Source: Schmidtea polychroa
Taxonomy: Eukaryota
DNA: 60,000 nucleotides
Assembly (NCBI GenBank): GCA_044892525.1
Contig: CM097885.1
Location: 235,354,001-235,414,000, forward strand
Reading direction: 5' to 3'
How positions within the stretch are numbered: the stretch's first letter is position 1; each line of letters begins with the position of its first letter. A model generated the notes under the pieces. That model was not told the DNA's origin and did not search any database. It saw only the letters and a program-made list of their open reading frames with translations. Both the position numbers and the translations under genes were made by a program. Shown in pieces: positions 1 through 11,228 of this stretch.

Positions 1-3000
1 ATCAACATTATGTTTTAATAAAAAACTTTCAAGCTTTTACATCTCCAGAGAATCCAACTAGTGGAGGAGGAACATGTAAAAGATGTCTTCATTATTCAAC
101 AACTAAAAACTCTATGATTAAACATACAAGATTTTGTGAAAAAGATGATCCAGCTTTAATTAAAATGCCTAATAATCCCAAGATGTATTTTAAAAACTTT
201 TCAAATTTACTACAAACAGTTGGAGTTCTTTATGGTGACTTTGAATCTATAAACCATAAACAAGATTTGGTTTATCAATATTTAAAAATAATAGAAAAAA
301 ATAAACTCATGGATTTATGGAACTCCTCAGGAGAGAAGATGAAACCAGAGAGGATGAAAGCCTTTCTAAGAAAAAGAAATAAACCTAATAGTGTTAAAAA
401 AACTAAACAATTACCATCTGCTTATAAATTATTATTTAAAAGTAATTATCCTGAACTCATAGAATCTAGAGAATATTCAATTCTAGGAGGTACCCCTGAA
501 GAAGTCTTGAATCATTTTACTAAAAATATAAATGATCTAGAACATGAAATATTTAAAATATTAAAAACAAAGTATCCTCAAAATATTTCTAATCAACAAC
601 AACAAGAATATGAAAACACTTCCAACTGTTGGATGTGTAAACAGAATATTCTTCCTGATGAAAAAGTTATAGATCATGATCATTTAAAAAAGGAAAATAA
701 TTATCGAGGAGCAGCTCATAAAAATTGCAATCTTAATTGCCATACTCCTAAATTTATACCTGTTATATTTCATAATCTTTTTGGATATGACATACATCTA
801 TTTATTAAACATTTAGCAGCAAATGCTAAAAACTCTTTCAAAGTTATCGGCTTAACAAAAGAAAAATATAAATCAGTTGAATATGGGAAATTAAAATTTA
901 TAGACTCGTTAAACTTTCTTCAAATGTCTCTAGATGGAATAGCTAAAACAATGAAACCAGAAGATTTTAAAATCACTCGAGAATTCTTGGAAAAAAATAA
1001 TATTCCTCTAGAAGAATATCCTACATGTTTAGCAAAAGGAATATATCCTTATGACTATGTTGACTCGTTTGAAAGATATAATGAAACAAGTCTTCCTAAC
1101 AAAGAAGATTTCTTTTCAAACTTACTACAATCAGGGATTACAGATCAAGAATATTCTCGAGCATTAAAAATGTGGGAATTATTCAAGTGTAAAACTTTAG
1201 GAGAATATACCAACATGTATTTATCCTTAGATGTTTATATTCTAGCAGATTGCTTTGAAGAATTTACAAACTCTTTTGTTCTTAAACCTTATAATTATAT
1301 AACTGCACCCTCTTTAGCTTGGGATACTATGTTATATACCATTTGGACTTCAAATATAGAAGATGCTGATAAAATTATAGATCTTTTAACTAACCTCGAT
1401 ATGTTTAACCAAATTAAAACAAACATTAGAGGAGGAGTCTCTTCAGTAATGGGGAATAGAGAAATAAAAGCTAGAAATGCAATAACTACTAGCCGAAGAC
1501 TATCTAAACACCCTGATGATCCATATATGAAAATTAACAATGAGGAATTAAAAGAATTATTAGAAACAATGAAAAATCCTATATTTATACTTTATATAGA
1601 TGCAACAGCTTTATATTCAGGAATTATGACTCAATATTTACCAATGAGTGATTTCACTGAAATAGAGAACCCAACAGATGACCTTATGAAAGAAATACTT
1701 TCAACATCGAAAGATTCTCCAATAGGTTACTTTATAGAATGTGACCTCGACTATCCAGATGATATAAATCAGGAACAAGATATTTTCCTTTAGCTCCCAT
1801 AAGAAGAAAGATTGATATCAACGAACTTTCTGAATGGCAAATCTCACAAGATAAACCTCCAACAATGAAACTTCTTTGTGATCAAACAGATCGAAGGTTT
1901 TATCTTTGTCACTATAGACTCCTCCAATTTTATCTCTCACGAGGAATGATATTAAAAAAAGTTCATAGTGTCATAAGATTTAAACAAGCTCCATTCATGA
2001 AAGCTTTTATCGAGGAGAACATTAGGTGTCGAAACATTGCAAAAAGAGAAGGTAACCTTTTTAAAGATAATAATTATAAACTTTTAAACAATTCAGTCTT
2101 TGGGAAAACAATGGAGAATGTTGATAAATATACTCATATTGAACTCCTAACAAATACTACCAAAGATATTAAGCGTTATAATCGCATGCTAGGAAAGCCT
2201 ACATTTAAAAACGCACAAGTATTTTCTGAAAATCTTACTGCAGTAGAATTAAAAAATTATGAGAAAACATATAACAAACCAATATTTATAGGGTTTACAA
2301 TTTTAGAACTTTCAAAATTACAAATGTATGAAACATATTATAACATCTTACAACCTATATACGGAGCAAATATATCAATGCATGCAATGGATACAGATTC
2401 AATGTTTTTAACAATAAGAACTCATGATTTACAAAAAGATATGAAAGAAAATCCTATACTTTCAAATTTAATAAATTCATCTGGAGAACTATTTTCGTTT
2501 AAAGATGAAAAACCTTTTACTCCTATAGAAAATGGAATATTTATTCGTGCTAAACAATATTCATACGAAACATTTAGAAACCCTGAATTTATAACTAGAT
2601 CATTTATATTTAAAACTCCAGAAACAGAAGAAACCATTACACATAGATATCCTATATTTCCTAAAGAAGAAAAACCTGTAAAGGATAACAGATGTAAAGG
2701 AATACAGAGAGTGGTTGCAAAGAATCTTTCTCATCAAGATTATATAGATACATTGAATCCAAATCATAAAGATAAAATTGATGAAATACATCAACTTAAA
2801 AGTGAAAACCATGATATTCACTTGATAGAATCTCAAAAAGTATCATTATCAAATTATGATGATAAGAGATTCATACTAAGTGATTTAAAGACAACTCTAC
2901 CTATTGGAAATAATTTAATCCCTATAATAAAAAATCTAGAAAAGTTGAATAAGTTATATGATACAAAAATTACTGATCTTGATATTTATAATGTTGAAAT

Positions 3001-3148
3001 CATTTATCCCGAGAGAGAAATCGAGAAGCCTTTATATTCTCAAGTTTTTAATCCTATATGTTTAGAACTTAAATATTTTAATACTGATCCTGAATATATA
3101 AAAGGTCTAAGTGATAAAGAATTTAAAGATCATAAATTAAAACCATAA
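1..3148 (+). pseudogene. polB: Protein-primed family B DNA polymerase (pPolB), 5' part outside the window, split by a 1-nt frameshift at ~1770-1780
   Basis: Exo motifs YGDFES and FHNLFGYD, an endoVII-like CWMC..DHDH..RGAAH..CN insert, and Pol motifs YIDATALYS, KLLNNSVFGK, MDTDS. The conserved DLDYP...FPLAP segment continues in the -1 frame (RYFPLAPIRRK...MKLLCD). Confidence 0.9.
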
Positions 3149-3246
3149 CTGAAACCAACGATATTTAATTTTTTAATAATAAAATGTCGACAATTAATTT
3201 AAGCAACTATAGCAACCTGATCTACTTTTTTAAAAATACACCCATT

Positions 3247-3843
3247 TTATAAGTAAGAATTCTTTAACCATTTTTCTCGAGATGTTTTTTTATTACTTAT
3301 AACATTAGCCACCATGCCCTCCCTTTTTAATCTTATAACCTCATTCTTTATATCTTGTATTATTTGATTTGATTTCATTATTTCTTCGTCTGTCAGGATT
3401 CCATCTTCCAAAGCTTTTAATTGAAATAAAAATAATTTAGAGATTCCTAATTCTATTGATAAACAAACTTCTCTATATAAACTTTTCTTTTTAGAAGTAT
3501 AAGATAATGAAACTATTTCAGTTAAGAAACCATCAGCCACAGAAATACTTCCAAGTATTACAGGTGCAAGAGTAACAACTGGTAAAGTTATGGGTAAAAT
3601 AACTGTTAATATTGCAGATGCAAATCCTAAAGAATAACCTATAACTTTTAAAACTGTATTCCCTTTATTCCATCTATTTTTAATTTTTTTATAATGCTTT
3701 AATAAATCTTGTAAATGTAAGGTTTCTGATTTAAATTCTTTTACTCTCATAATTTCAAGTTCTGTGGGAGCCGAGGCCTTGGAAGAATAATATCCTGATG
3801 ATCTCAATTCTGGGTAAATTTTTTCTTCTCTTACTTCTTCCAT
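3247..3843 (-). CDS. Polinton/adintovirus gasderminX-like membrane protein
   Basis: 198 aa; hydrophobic hairpin (VIGYSLGFASAILTVILPITLPVVTLAPVILG) followed by KALEDGILTDEE, a pattern I recall from this adintovirus family. Confidence 0.6.
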   Translation of the reverse strand: MEEVREEKIYPELRSSGYYSSKASAPTELEIMRVKEFKSETLHLQDLLKHYKKIKNRWNKGNTVLKVIGYSLGFASAILTVILPITLPVVTLAPVILGSISVADGFLTEIVSLSYTSKKKSLYREVCLSIELGISKLFLFQLKALEDGILTDEEIMKSNQIIQDIKNEVIRLKREGMVANVISNKKTSREKWLKNSYL

Positions 3844-3851
3844 TTTAATAA

Positions 3852-4862
3852 TTAAAAAAATAAGACTTTATTCTTCTGAGCACCATCTGGCACCAATACT
3901 CGGATATCAAAAGAAACTCTTGTTGAGAGGATATCTTTATACAATTCTCTCAATGCTTTACGAACTTCATCAACATCAACCTTTTTTTCATAAAATATTA
4001 AATCTATATATTGTACAAGTGAACTAGAAAAATGAATATTCTTACTTTTAACTTTATGTAGTCCATGTGAATGAGTATTAACATACCAATCTCCGTGTGG
4101 TAAATCATAACTAGTCATTATAACATCACCCTTTTCAAGCTTACTATTATAATCACATTTCACAAACCATTTCATTCTTTCATTATCATCATCAAACAAA
4201 AAGAAATAAGGATCAATAATTTTTACAACCATAAAAACACCCCATTCTTTACTGTTTGTTGTTATTAAACTTGGTTCTATAAAATGTTTATATGTATGGG
4301 GTAATAATGTTTTATTCTGTTCTAATTCAGCAGCTCTTTTTCTAATACTATGTGTGGTGTTAATGTGTGTTCCATGAGACTCTAAATTTGAAATTCTTTT
4401 ATTAAATGATGTAATCATCTCATTTATTATTTTATATATTGCATTAAATTTAGTATTCATAATTTGTTTATCTTTAGAATTTAATATAGCAGTATTTAAC
4501 TTTACAACTTGTTCAGTTAACAGACTTTGTAACTTGTCAAATTTATCATTAAATCGTTGTTCGATATTATTAAGCTTTGATTCCATTGAATCAATTTTTG
4601 TTGTTAATGAACTTTCAATTCTTGTTGTTGTTAAATCAGTATATTTTTTAACACCATCTACATATTTCTTATTAACTGCATCAGCTTCATCAGTTGGAAA
4701 AGATAATTCTTTTATCTTGTGTCCATTTAAAATTAAATCACCCTTCATTGAATCACCTCTTTCATTAATATATTTATTTTCTGTTAAAGTTAATATTTCT
4801 TCTGTATTAAACCCTGTTTTTATTGTTTCACCACCTCTATTACATGGAATATAAGAACTCAT
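3852..4862 (-). CDS. Putative fibre/spike-like protein
   Basis: 336 aa; N-terminal GDSMKGDLILNGHKIKEL..P....DAVNKKYVD fibre/adhesin-stalk-type motif followed by a coiled coil. Confidence 0.55.
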   Translation of the reverse strand: MSSYIPCNRGGETIKTGFNTEEILTLTENKYINERGDSMKGDLILNGHKIKELSFPTDEADAVNKKYVDGVKKYTDLTTTRIESSLTTKIDSMESKLNNIEQRFNDKFDKLQSLLTEQVVKLNTAILNSKDKQIMNTKFNAIYKIINEMITSFNKRISNLESHGTHINTTHSIRKRAAELEQNKTLLPHTYKHFIEPSLITTNSKEWGVFMVVKIIDPYFFLFDDDNERMKWFVKCDYNSKLEKGDVIMTSYDLPHGDWYVNTHSHGLHKVKSKNIHFSSSLVQYIDLIFYEKKVDVDEVRKALRELYKDILSTRVSFDIRVLVPDGAQKNKVLFF

Positions 4863-4886
4863 TTATTAATAATTTAAAATGAATCT

Positions 4887-5651
4887 TCAAACCTGTTTCA
4901 AATGTAAATACATTGAAATCTCTTCTCCATTAAAATCAATCAATTCTCCTTCTTGATTAAGAATTTTAAAATTAATATCCATTATATATTTTCTACATAA
5001 AGGTAAATAATTTGGAGGATTCATTCTTTCAACTATTTTATATCCCATAGGAACTGTGTTTGAGGGAAAGGAATATAAAACATTTGTTTGTTTACCATTA
5101 TTATAAGAACCTGTTATACAATCGCAATGAATATTTATTGTGTTTGTATTTATTATTTTTATAATATGTTCTGATGTTATTATTTTATCTTCTTTTATTG
5201 TTATATCCATAGGTTTAAATCCTAAAACTGTGTGAAAGAAACAATTATCTAAAAAACTAATTTTTATATTCTTCAAAGTCATTACACATTTTGAAGTTGG
5301 TATATCCATTTTAATTTTAATACCTTCATTTGTTTTTTTAGAAAGTATATCATTTAAATCTTTTATCTCATATGCCCCAGGTTCTATTGTTATAATTTCT
5401 GGTTTATGCCCATCACGAGTTTGAATAGTAAATTTATTATTATCTTTAGTTATATTAAAAATAGTATTATAAGCACAAAACCATAATAGCCCCAATTCAT
5501 AATTTAAATTTTGATCTAATTTAATTGAATCTTGAAAGTTTATAATAAAGTCTGATTCTTTTGAATTTATAGATAAAGTTCTTGAATATTTATCTGACAT
5601 TATGTTTACCATTTTTTTTAAATTATCTTCCGGAGGGTTGTGAAGCTCCAT
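4887..5651 (-). CDS. Minor capsid protein (penton-like)
   Basis: Polinton penton motifs YNTIFNIT..NN, GAYEI.DLN, IHCDCITGSY.NG, PMGYKIVE, IDFNGE...LHLK. Confidence 0.85.
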   Translation of the reverse strand: MELHNPPEDNLKKMVNIMSDKYSRTLSINSKESDFIINFQDSIKLDQNLNYELGLLWFCAYNTIFNITKDNNKFTIQTRDGHKPEIITIEPGAYEIKDLNDILSKKTNEGIKIKMDIPTSKCVMTLKNIKISFLDNCFFHTVLGFKPMDITIKEDKIITSEHIIKIINTNTINIHCDCITGSYNNGKQTNVLYSFPSNTVPMGYKIVERMNPPNYLPLCRKYIMDINFKILNQEGELIDFNGEEISMYLHLKQV

Positions 5652-5670
5652 TTCTTTAGTAGTAAATTCA

Positions 5671-5722
5671 TATAGTAAAAATCCTTATAGTAAAAATCCT
5701 TATAGTAAAAATCCTTATAGTA
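5671..5722. repeat. 15-bp tandem repeat (TATAGTAAAAATCCT) x~3.5
   Basis: Directly visible between the protease stop and the penton start; mirrored at 15432-15483. Confidence 0.9.
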
Positions 5723-6179
5723 GAGATTCTAGATCATTATAAATTTCTTGAATTATAGATTCAAAATCCTGCGTATGCCCCTTTCCCTCTCCCTTATTCA
5801 ATCTATACAAAACATATAAACTTAAAATACCACATATTTTAGTATTCAAAGGTTGAACTTGTAAAGAGTTAAAAGTATAACCATTTGGGGAATCAATCGG
5901 AGAACCCCTCAAGAGATAATCTTCAACTTCTTTAGCAGGTTTAATCCCAAAAGAATCAAAGTAGATAGATTTCTTATATATACAAACCCAATGAGATCCT
6001 TTTTCATTTGAATTTTGATAATTGATTATTATATTCAGGGGACTCTCCAGACTTGATAATTCATCATTCATTAATATTTTAATTTTTAAATTTAAATAAT
6101 TTGCATAATCTTTTAAATCAAAATTTGTTTTTGCATTTATTCCAAATGTTTTTAAAAAATCTAATATTGAAGGAGTCAT
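5715..6179 (-). CDS. Adenain-like cysteine maturation protease
   Basis: GSHWVC (His), YFDSFG (Asp) and QVQPLNTKICG (Gln/Cys) catalytic motifs. Confidence 0.9.
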   Translation of the reverse strand: MTPSILDFLKTFGINAKTNFDLKDYANYLNLKIKILMNDELSSLESPLNIIINYQNSNEKGSHWVCIYKKSIYFDSFGIKPAKEVEDYLLRGSPIDSPNGYTFNSLQVQPLNTKICGILSLYVLYRLNKGEGKGHTQDFESIIQEIYNDLESLL

Positions 6180-6201
6180 TTTGTATTTTAAAACTTCGTA
6201 T

Positions 6202-7083
6202 TTATAACTTCGTATACTTATTAAATTTATCTTTTGAAATTATTCCTTGTTTTAACAAATCTTTAGAAATCTTTAAAATATCAGAATCTAAATTATTATG
6301 TCCTGCTTTCCTTGCAGCTAATAGTTTTCTTAATTCAATAAAAAGATTGATGGGATTTGGTTTACCACCTTCACTAATTAATCCCTCTCCCTCTGTAACA
6401 ACATAACCCTTTTCATTTTTATTTAAATAATTCTTTAAATCTTGAATATATTTTGCTTTAGAACTAGCTCTTATTAATTTTATTAAATTTAAATATTTTT
6501 TAATTTCTTCAACATCATCTGAAGAATATCCACAAAGTAATCTATAAAAATCATCTGTAAATTCAAAGTCTAAATATTCATTATTATAAACATTTTGTGA
6601 ATGAATACGTGATTTATTTTCTGAATTTGAATATAAAGTAAAGTTTTGTTTATTAATTGTTATTATTTGATATCCTTCAGTATTAGTATTAAATGTGGGT
6701 CTAATTGAAGGAGGTAAATCATCTCTAATTTTAGGATCAACTTTAAGAGGTTTTGTTTTTAAAAACATTTCTTCTTCTTCCACATTAGAAATTCTTCTGC
6801 GTTTTCTTTGATTTCTTTCAGGATGGTTTTCACTGGATTCTTTTTCTTTATCCTGCCACTCTAGTTCTTTTATTTTTTGTTTTTTATCTTCTAACTCTTT
6901 AAATTTTGCTTGCTCATTGAAATCTTCCAACTCTTTTATAGCTTTAATTGTTGGCCCCTGTTGTTGTGTTATTACCTCATTTAATATTATAGATTCAGCA
7001 TGTTGAGTTGTATCTTTTTTATTATATTTATCTTGTTCTGATTGTAATTTTTTTAAAAGTGCTAATCTTTCTTCATATACCAT
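6202..7083 (-). CDS. Polinton hypothetical protein
   Basis: 293 aa; charged coiled-coil N-terminus and C-terminal LRKLLAARKAGHNN...LLKQGII motif, which I recall from other Polinton ORFs. Confidence 0.65.
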   Translation of the reverse strand: MVYEERLALLKKLQSEQDKYNKKDTTQHAESIILNEVITQQQGPTIKAIKELEDFNEQAKFKELEDKKQKIKELEWQDKEKESSENHPERNQRKRRRISNVEEEEMFLKTKPLKVDPKIRDDLPPSIRPTFNTNTEGYQIITINKQNFTLYSNSENKSRIHSQNVYNNEYLDFEFTDDFYRLLCGYSSDDVEEIKKYLNLIKLIRASSKAKYIQDLKNYLNKNEKGYVVTEGEGLISEGGKPNPINLFIELRKLLAARKAGHNNLDSDILKISKDLLKQGIISKDKFNKYTKL

Positions 7084-7105
7084 TTTAATGGTATCAAAAA
7101 TGGTA

Positions 7106-7684
7106 TCATAGTTCGAAGGGCTTCAAGTATAATCCTTTACCATTTTTAGTTTTACAAAGGCATCCATTCTTTAAAGATTTACATATTTTTTTTAAATCTT
7201 CTTTATCTTTTGAAGATAAAGATTCAGATGTAGAAATTTGATTTTTTAAAAAATCATTTAAACCTCTACCTTTATAAGGATCAAGATAGAGACCTTTGCC
7301 CTGAGACTTTTGCCGACTCCCCTCATATGGATTAAGATAGAGACCCTTTCCAACGGACACTCCCCCTTTAGCTTGCCCTACCTTCTTCATTGAATCGATT
7401 TCAGTTTGTAGTTTTTCTTTTTCTAGGTCTGTCTTTTGAGATTCTTTAGCTTTTTGAACTGTAGTTGCAATTCCTCCAGCTATTCCAGCAGCACCTGATA
7501 AACCAGCAATGATTGCAGGTATTAAAGCAGCTAATGGAAGAATGCCACCTTCTTTAGCTTCGTGGAGCTTCGCTCTAACTTGTTCTTTTACATGTTTTCC
7601 AATAAAATATTTTTTACCATCAATTACTACTGATTTATTTTTATTTGAATTTATTAATTCTTGCAAAGATTCTTCAGTTGTCAT
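7106..7684 (-). CDS. Putative virion core / membrane-lytic precursor protein
   Basis: GG followed by the amphipathic ILPLAALIPAIIAGLSGAAGIAGGIA segment, plus three GKGLYL repeats. Confidence 0.6.
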   Translation of the reverse strand: MTTEESLQELINSNKNKSVVIDGKKYFIGKHVKEQVRAKLHEAKEGGILPLAALIPAIIAGLSGAAGIAGGIATTVQKAKESQKTDLEKEKLQTEIDSMKKVGQAKGGVSVGKGLYLNPYEGSRQKSQGKGLYLDPYKGRGLNDFLKNQISTSESLSSKDKEDLKKICKSLKNGCLCKTKNGKGLYLKPFEL

Positions 7685-7699
7685 TTTATAATAAACAAA

Positions 7700-8491
7700 A
7701 TGGATATTTGGAAACCAATTTTAAATAGACATAAATCTAAATTTAATAATAAAGTATTTCCTGATAATTTTAGATTATTAATTGTTGGTTCTTCTGGATG
7801 TGGAAAGAATGTACTTGTTTTGAAAATGTTGCTTGAAGATGGTTTTTTAGATTATAATAATTTAATCTTTTATTCTACAACCATAAATCAACCAGAATTA
7901 CAAATTTTGAAATGTGGATTTGAAAATAAATTAACTAAAAAAGCAATAATTGATATTTTTAAAAATCAACATAGATGTCCTGAAGAAGTTTTTCAACCTT
8001 GTGATATGGTTGATTGGTATAAGGAAAAGATTTTAGAATCAGATATTAGTAATAAAAATGATTATATTTGTGAAGAAGGGCAGGAGGCAATTCAAGTTTT
8101 ATTCTCTAATAAACCTGAAGATGTTTTACATTGTGATTTACTTCCTAAAGATAAAAAGAATCTAGTTATATTTGATGATGTTGTTAATATGAAAAATCAA
8201 GAGATTCAAAAGAGTTACTTTACACGAGGTCGACATAATAATTGTAATGTTATTTATATATCTCAAACTTATTATGCTTTAGATAAAAACTCTATAAGAA
8301 ATAATTCTAATTGTTTTATATTTTTTAAATTAGATCGCCGTGATAAGAATATGATTTATAATGATTTATTTTCAAATGTTGAACCTGATAAGAATATGTT
8401 TGATATGTTTGTTGATAATCATTGGAGAGAAAAATATAATTATATTTATTTGGATAGAGAAGAAGCTGAAATATGGAAAAGTTTATTTTAG
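7700..8491 (+). CDS. A32/FtsK-HerA-type DNA packaging ATPase
   Basis: Walker A GSSGCGKN, Walker B LVIFDD, FTRGRHNN and ISQ motifs. First ATG is at 7700; the track start at 7661 is a TTG. Confidence 0.93.
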   Translation: MDIWKPILNRHKSKFNNKVFPDNFRLLIVGSSGCGKNVLVLKMLLEDGFLDYNNLIFYSTTINQPELQILKCGFENKLTKKAIIDIFKNQHRCPEEVFQPCDMVDWYKEKILESDISNKNDYICEEGQEAIQVLFSNKPEDVLHCDLLPKDKKNLVIFDDVVNMKNQEIQKSYFTRGRHNNCNVIYISQTYYALDKNSIRNNSNCFIFFKLDRRDKNMIYNDLFSNVEPDKNMFDMFVDNHWREKYNYIYLDREEAEIWKSLF

Positions 8492-8502
8492 GGCTTGTCG
8501 AC

Positions 8503-9912
8503 TTAAAAATCTGTTTTCTGTAACTCATTATTATAAAATCTACCTAATATTTTTTCATTATTTAAATCAATGATGCTATATGTTATTGGAGTTGTATAAT
8601 GTATTTTATTTATAATAAAAATTTCATTTGTCCATTTTGCTGTGAATCCTTTTTCAAATTTATTTTTATATTTAAATATTCTTACTCGGTCACCAATTTT
8701 AAACTTTGGTTTTTCAATAACATCATTTTCAATATTTACCACTTTAATGGTTTCAGGATTCATGGAAGCATTTAAAGGTGTTGATTTTATAGAACTATGT
8801 ACATCATTATTATATTCATTTACAATCTTTTGTAACAACTCATTGTTCCATTTTTGTTTTCCAATAGCAGTAAAATATTTCCACATTTTATTTTTTAATG
8901 TTCTATTTAATCTTTCAACTACGACTGCTTTTCCTTCGTTTTCTGTTGAATATAATTTAATATCATTTTCATTTAAAAACTTTGTAAAAACTTTGTTATA
9001 AAATTCTGTTCCTTTATCACACCATAAATATTTTGGGATTCTTTGATTTTCTTCAAATATATTTTCAAATGCTTCTGTAATAGAATATCCTGTTTTATTT
9101 TCTAAACATCTTGCAAAAGCAAATCTTGTATATAAATCTATTACAGTTAAAATTATTTTATATTTTTCAGGGTCTGATGATTTGGGCATAAAGACTAAAT
9201 CTGCAGACCATGTTTGATCTTTTTCATGTACTTGAACTTTTAAATATTTTTTATTTTTTCTAAATTCATGGTGTAATTCCTTTGCATATTTTATTTCTGA
9301 TTCTGTTGGGGTTTGTAAACTAGTCTTGGCTGTACTCTCGAGGGATCTTTCAATCTCTGCTTGTTCGATAATCTTTTTATAAGCAACATCTTTTGCTTTC
9401 CTAGGAAGTCTTGCACCCATGGTGATCGGACTGTGTCCTAAGCCTATGAAAATCTTACCTTTCATTGCTAATTTAACTAGAGCTCTTTGAATCTTTTCTT
9501 GGGTTGGTGGATTTTGGATACTATTTAAATCATGTATTAAATTCACATCTGCAACATGTCTATCTCTAAGATTTGTTGAATTGTATGCAATGTCATGTTT
9601 TAAAGCTGCTTGATCAATTCTATTTATTGGTTCTTCTCCTTGTTTGGGATTATTAATTTCATCTAATCTAATATCTAGACGTGTTCCTGATCCAGTATAG
9701 TTGTGTTTAAATAAATGTCTTTCACCTGGATATTTTTCTGTAGTAAAAGGTTTTAATATTGAAGATGTTGTTTTTGAAGATTGCAAATCGCCTCCAGCTC
9801 GTGGAATTAGATCACCTCCTGTATGTTTTTTAGTTTTTAAATGACTTGCTTTATGATGTCTTGTAACTTGACAATTACAACTTTCACATCTCCAATATTT
9901 ATTTAGAGACAT
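8503..9912 (-). CDS. int: Retroviral-type DDE integrase with N-terminal C2H2 finger and parvovirus-type phospholipase A2 domain
   Basis: Integrase core WSADL, LTVIDLYTR, WCDKGTEF, VERLNRTLK and C-terminal KFKIGDRVRI; N-terminal HNYTGSGT...PINRIDQAALKHDIAY (PLA2). Confidence 0.92.
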   Translation of the reverse strand: MSLNKYWRCESCNCQVTRHHKASHLKTKKHTGGDLIPRAGGDLQSSKTTSSILKPFTTEKYPGERHLFKHNYTGSGTRLDIRLDEINNPKQGEEPINRIDQAALKHDIAYNSTNLRDRHVADVNLIHDLNSIQNPPTQEKIQRALVKLAMKGKIFIGLGHSPITMGARLPRKAKDVAYKKIIEQAEIERSLESTAKTSLQTPTESEIKYAKELHHEFRKNKKYLKVQVHEKDQTWSADLVFMPKSSDPEKYKIILTVIDLYTRFAFARCLENKTGYSITEAFENIFEENQRIPKYLWCDKGTEFYNKVFTKFLNENDIKLYSTENEGKAVVVERLNRTLKNKMWKYFTAIGKQKWNNELLQKIVNEYNNDVHSSIKSTPLNASMNPETIKVVNIENDVIEKPKFKIGDRVRIFKYKNKFEKGFTAKWTNEIFIINKIHYTTPITYSIIDLNNEKILGRFYNNELQKTDF

Positions 9913-9941
9913 TTTAAAATGTTAAAATATCAGGGATTATA

Positions 9942-11228
9942 TCAAGAATCTCCCCTAACATTTTCGATTATTGAAATCTTTCCACCATATAATTTCATTT
10001 CTATTTTCTTTTCTTCTAATATTAATGTATATACTTTAGCTTTAAAATTAGAATCCTTTGTTACATGAAGTGTAACATCAACATTATTTATGGCTAGGCG
10101 ATCATCTTGGTCTGAAACATTTATACAAAATATAGAATATAAATTTTTGAAATCTTCTAAACTTAATTGCGGTTCAACTTTGAAATCATAACATGTTTCA
10201 ATATAATTTAGATATGGGAATATGTTTTCATTATTTTCAATATTAAATTCCATTCTATTTATTGGATAATAAGAACTATTTAATTGAATTTGGATTGTTT
10301 TTAAATTATCAACTCCAATCTTTTGAATAAACAAGTTGTTATTTTTTTGGAAAGATGAATCTACTTCTTTGAATCCAATCAAGATATATCTTGGTCGGTA
10401 TGCTAAATTTGCTACCTTTATAGAATATGTTGAACCCTCTGTCATACTAAATTCACTACAGATTCTATTTAAATAATTTACATTTATAGACTTGTTGGAA
10501 TTTAATCTTTCAAGGAGTTTAATCTCAGAATGTGGGTTTAATGTCCATTCAGGTATATGTAATTCAAGTGTTGATAATTTTAATTTAGCTTTTGTATCTA
10601 CAGCTCCATAGAACAATCTTTTATCACCTTCTACTCTATTACAGATGAATTCTATAAAAACATTATGAAGTATACGATTATAGTTTTGAAGGAATCCAAA
10701 CAAGTGTTTTAATTCAAAATAACCTTCAAATTTTTTAGATTTATAAAGTTCAGCTCTTTTATGGTAACCATGGTTTACATCTAAACCATCTTTATCTAAA
10801 TCCCCTTTATTAACATCAGGAATCCAACCTGTTAATTCACCATATTCGTTTTTATAATCACAACCAGTCAAAATAAAATTTAACATTGTAGAATATACTC
10901 CCGGATGCAAAACAGTTTCAATTTCTGATGATCCTAGTTTTAATCTCATGTTGGAGAATAAATTTGGAAAGAAATTATTTTCTAGGGTTATATCTTTGTT
11001 TGCTTCAATTTCTAATTCGATTTTATAATATAATTTGGCATTACAAATATCTATAGGGTTTGATGTTTGAAGAGATTGAAAAACTATATCACCCCTACGA
11101 TTTAAGTTTGCAATAGATCCTGAAGTTGGGGAGATTTTAAGTACATCGTTTTTCTTGATTTCATGAGTAAATTCTTTATTATAATCAAGATTTAATTTAT
11201 TTTTTTCTTGAATTTTTATATTATTCAT
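9942..11228 (-). CDS. Major capsid protein (double jelly-roll, hexon-like)
   Basis: 428 aa; Polinton MCP-type motifs LKHLFGF, PRYILIGF, LNSSYYP, FKNLYSIFCINVS; located within the element. Confidence 0.82.
   Translation of the reverse strand: MNNIKIQEKNKLNLDYNKEFTHEIKKNDVLKISPTSGSIANLNRRGDIVFQSLQTSNPIDICNAKLYYKIELEIEANKDITLENNFFPNLFSNMRLKLGSSEIETVLHPGVYSTMLNFILTGCDYKNEYGELTGWIPDVNKGDLDKDGLDVNHGYHKRAELYKSKKFEGYFELKHLFGFLQNYNRILHNVFIEFICNRVEGDKRLFYGAVDTKAKLKLSTLELHIPEWTLNPHSEIKLLERLNSNKSINVNYLNRICSEFSMTEGSTYSIKVANLAYRPRYILIGFKEVDSSFQKNNNLFIQKIGVDNLKTIQIQLNSSYYPINRMEFNIENNENIFPYLNYIETCYDFKVEPQLSLEDFKNLYSIFCINVSDQDDRLAINNVDVTLHVTKDSNFKAKVYTLILEEKKIEMKLYGGKISIIENVRGDS

Noticed and set aside
1726..1793. 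Intron explaining the pPolB frame break (TTTTCCTTTAG looks like an acceptor)
   Set aside because: Splicing would delete the conserved ECDLDYP..FPL motif; a 1-nt deletion explains the break more simply.
1295..9001. Short antisense or overlapping ORFs within Polinton genes (e.g. 1295-1540, 4534-4854, 8642-9001)
   Set aside because: They are shadow frames of real genes with no recognisable motifs.
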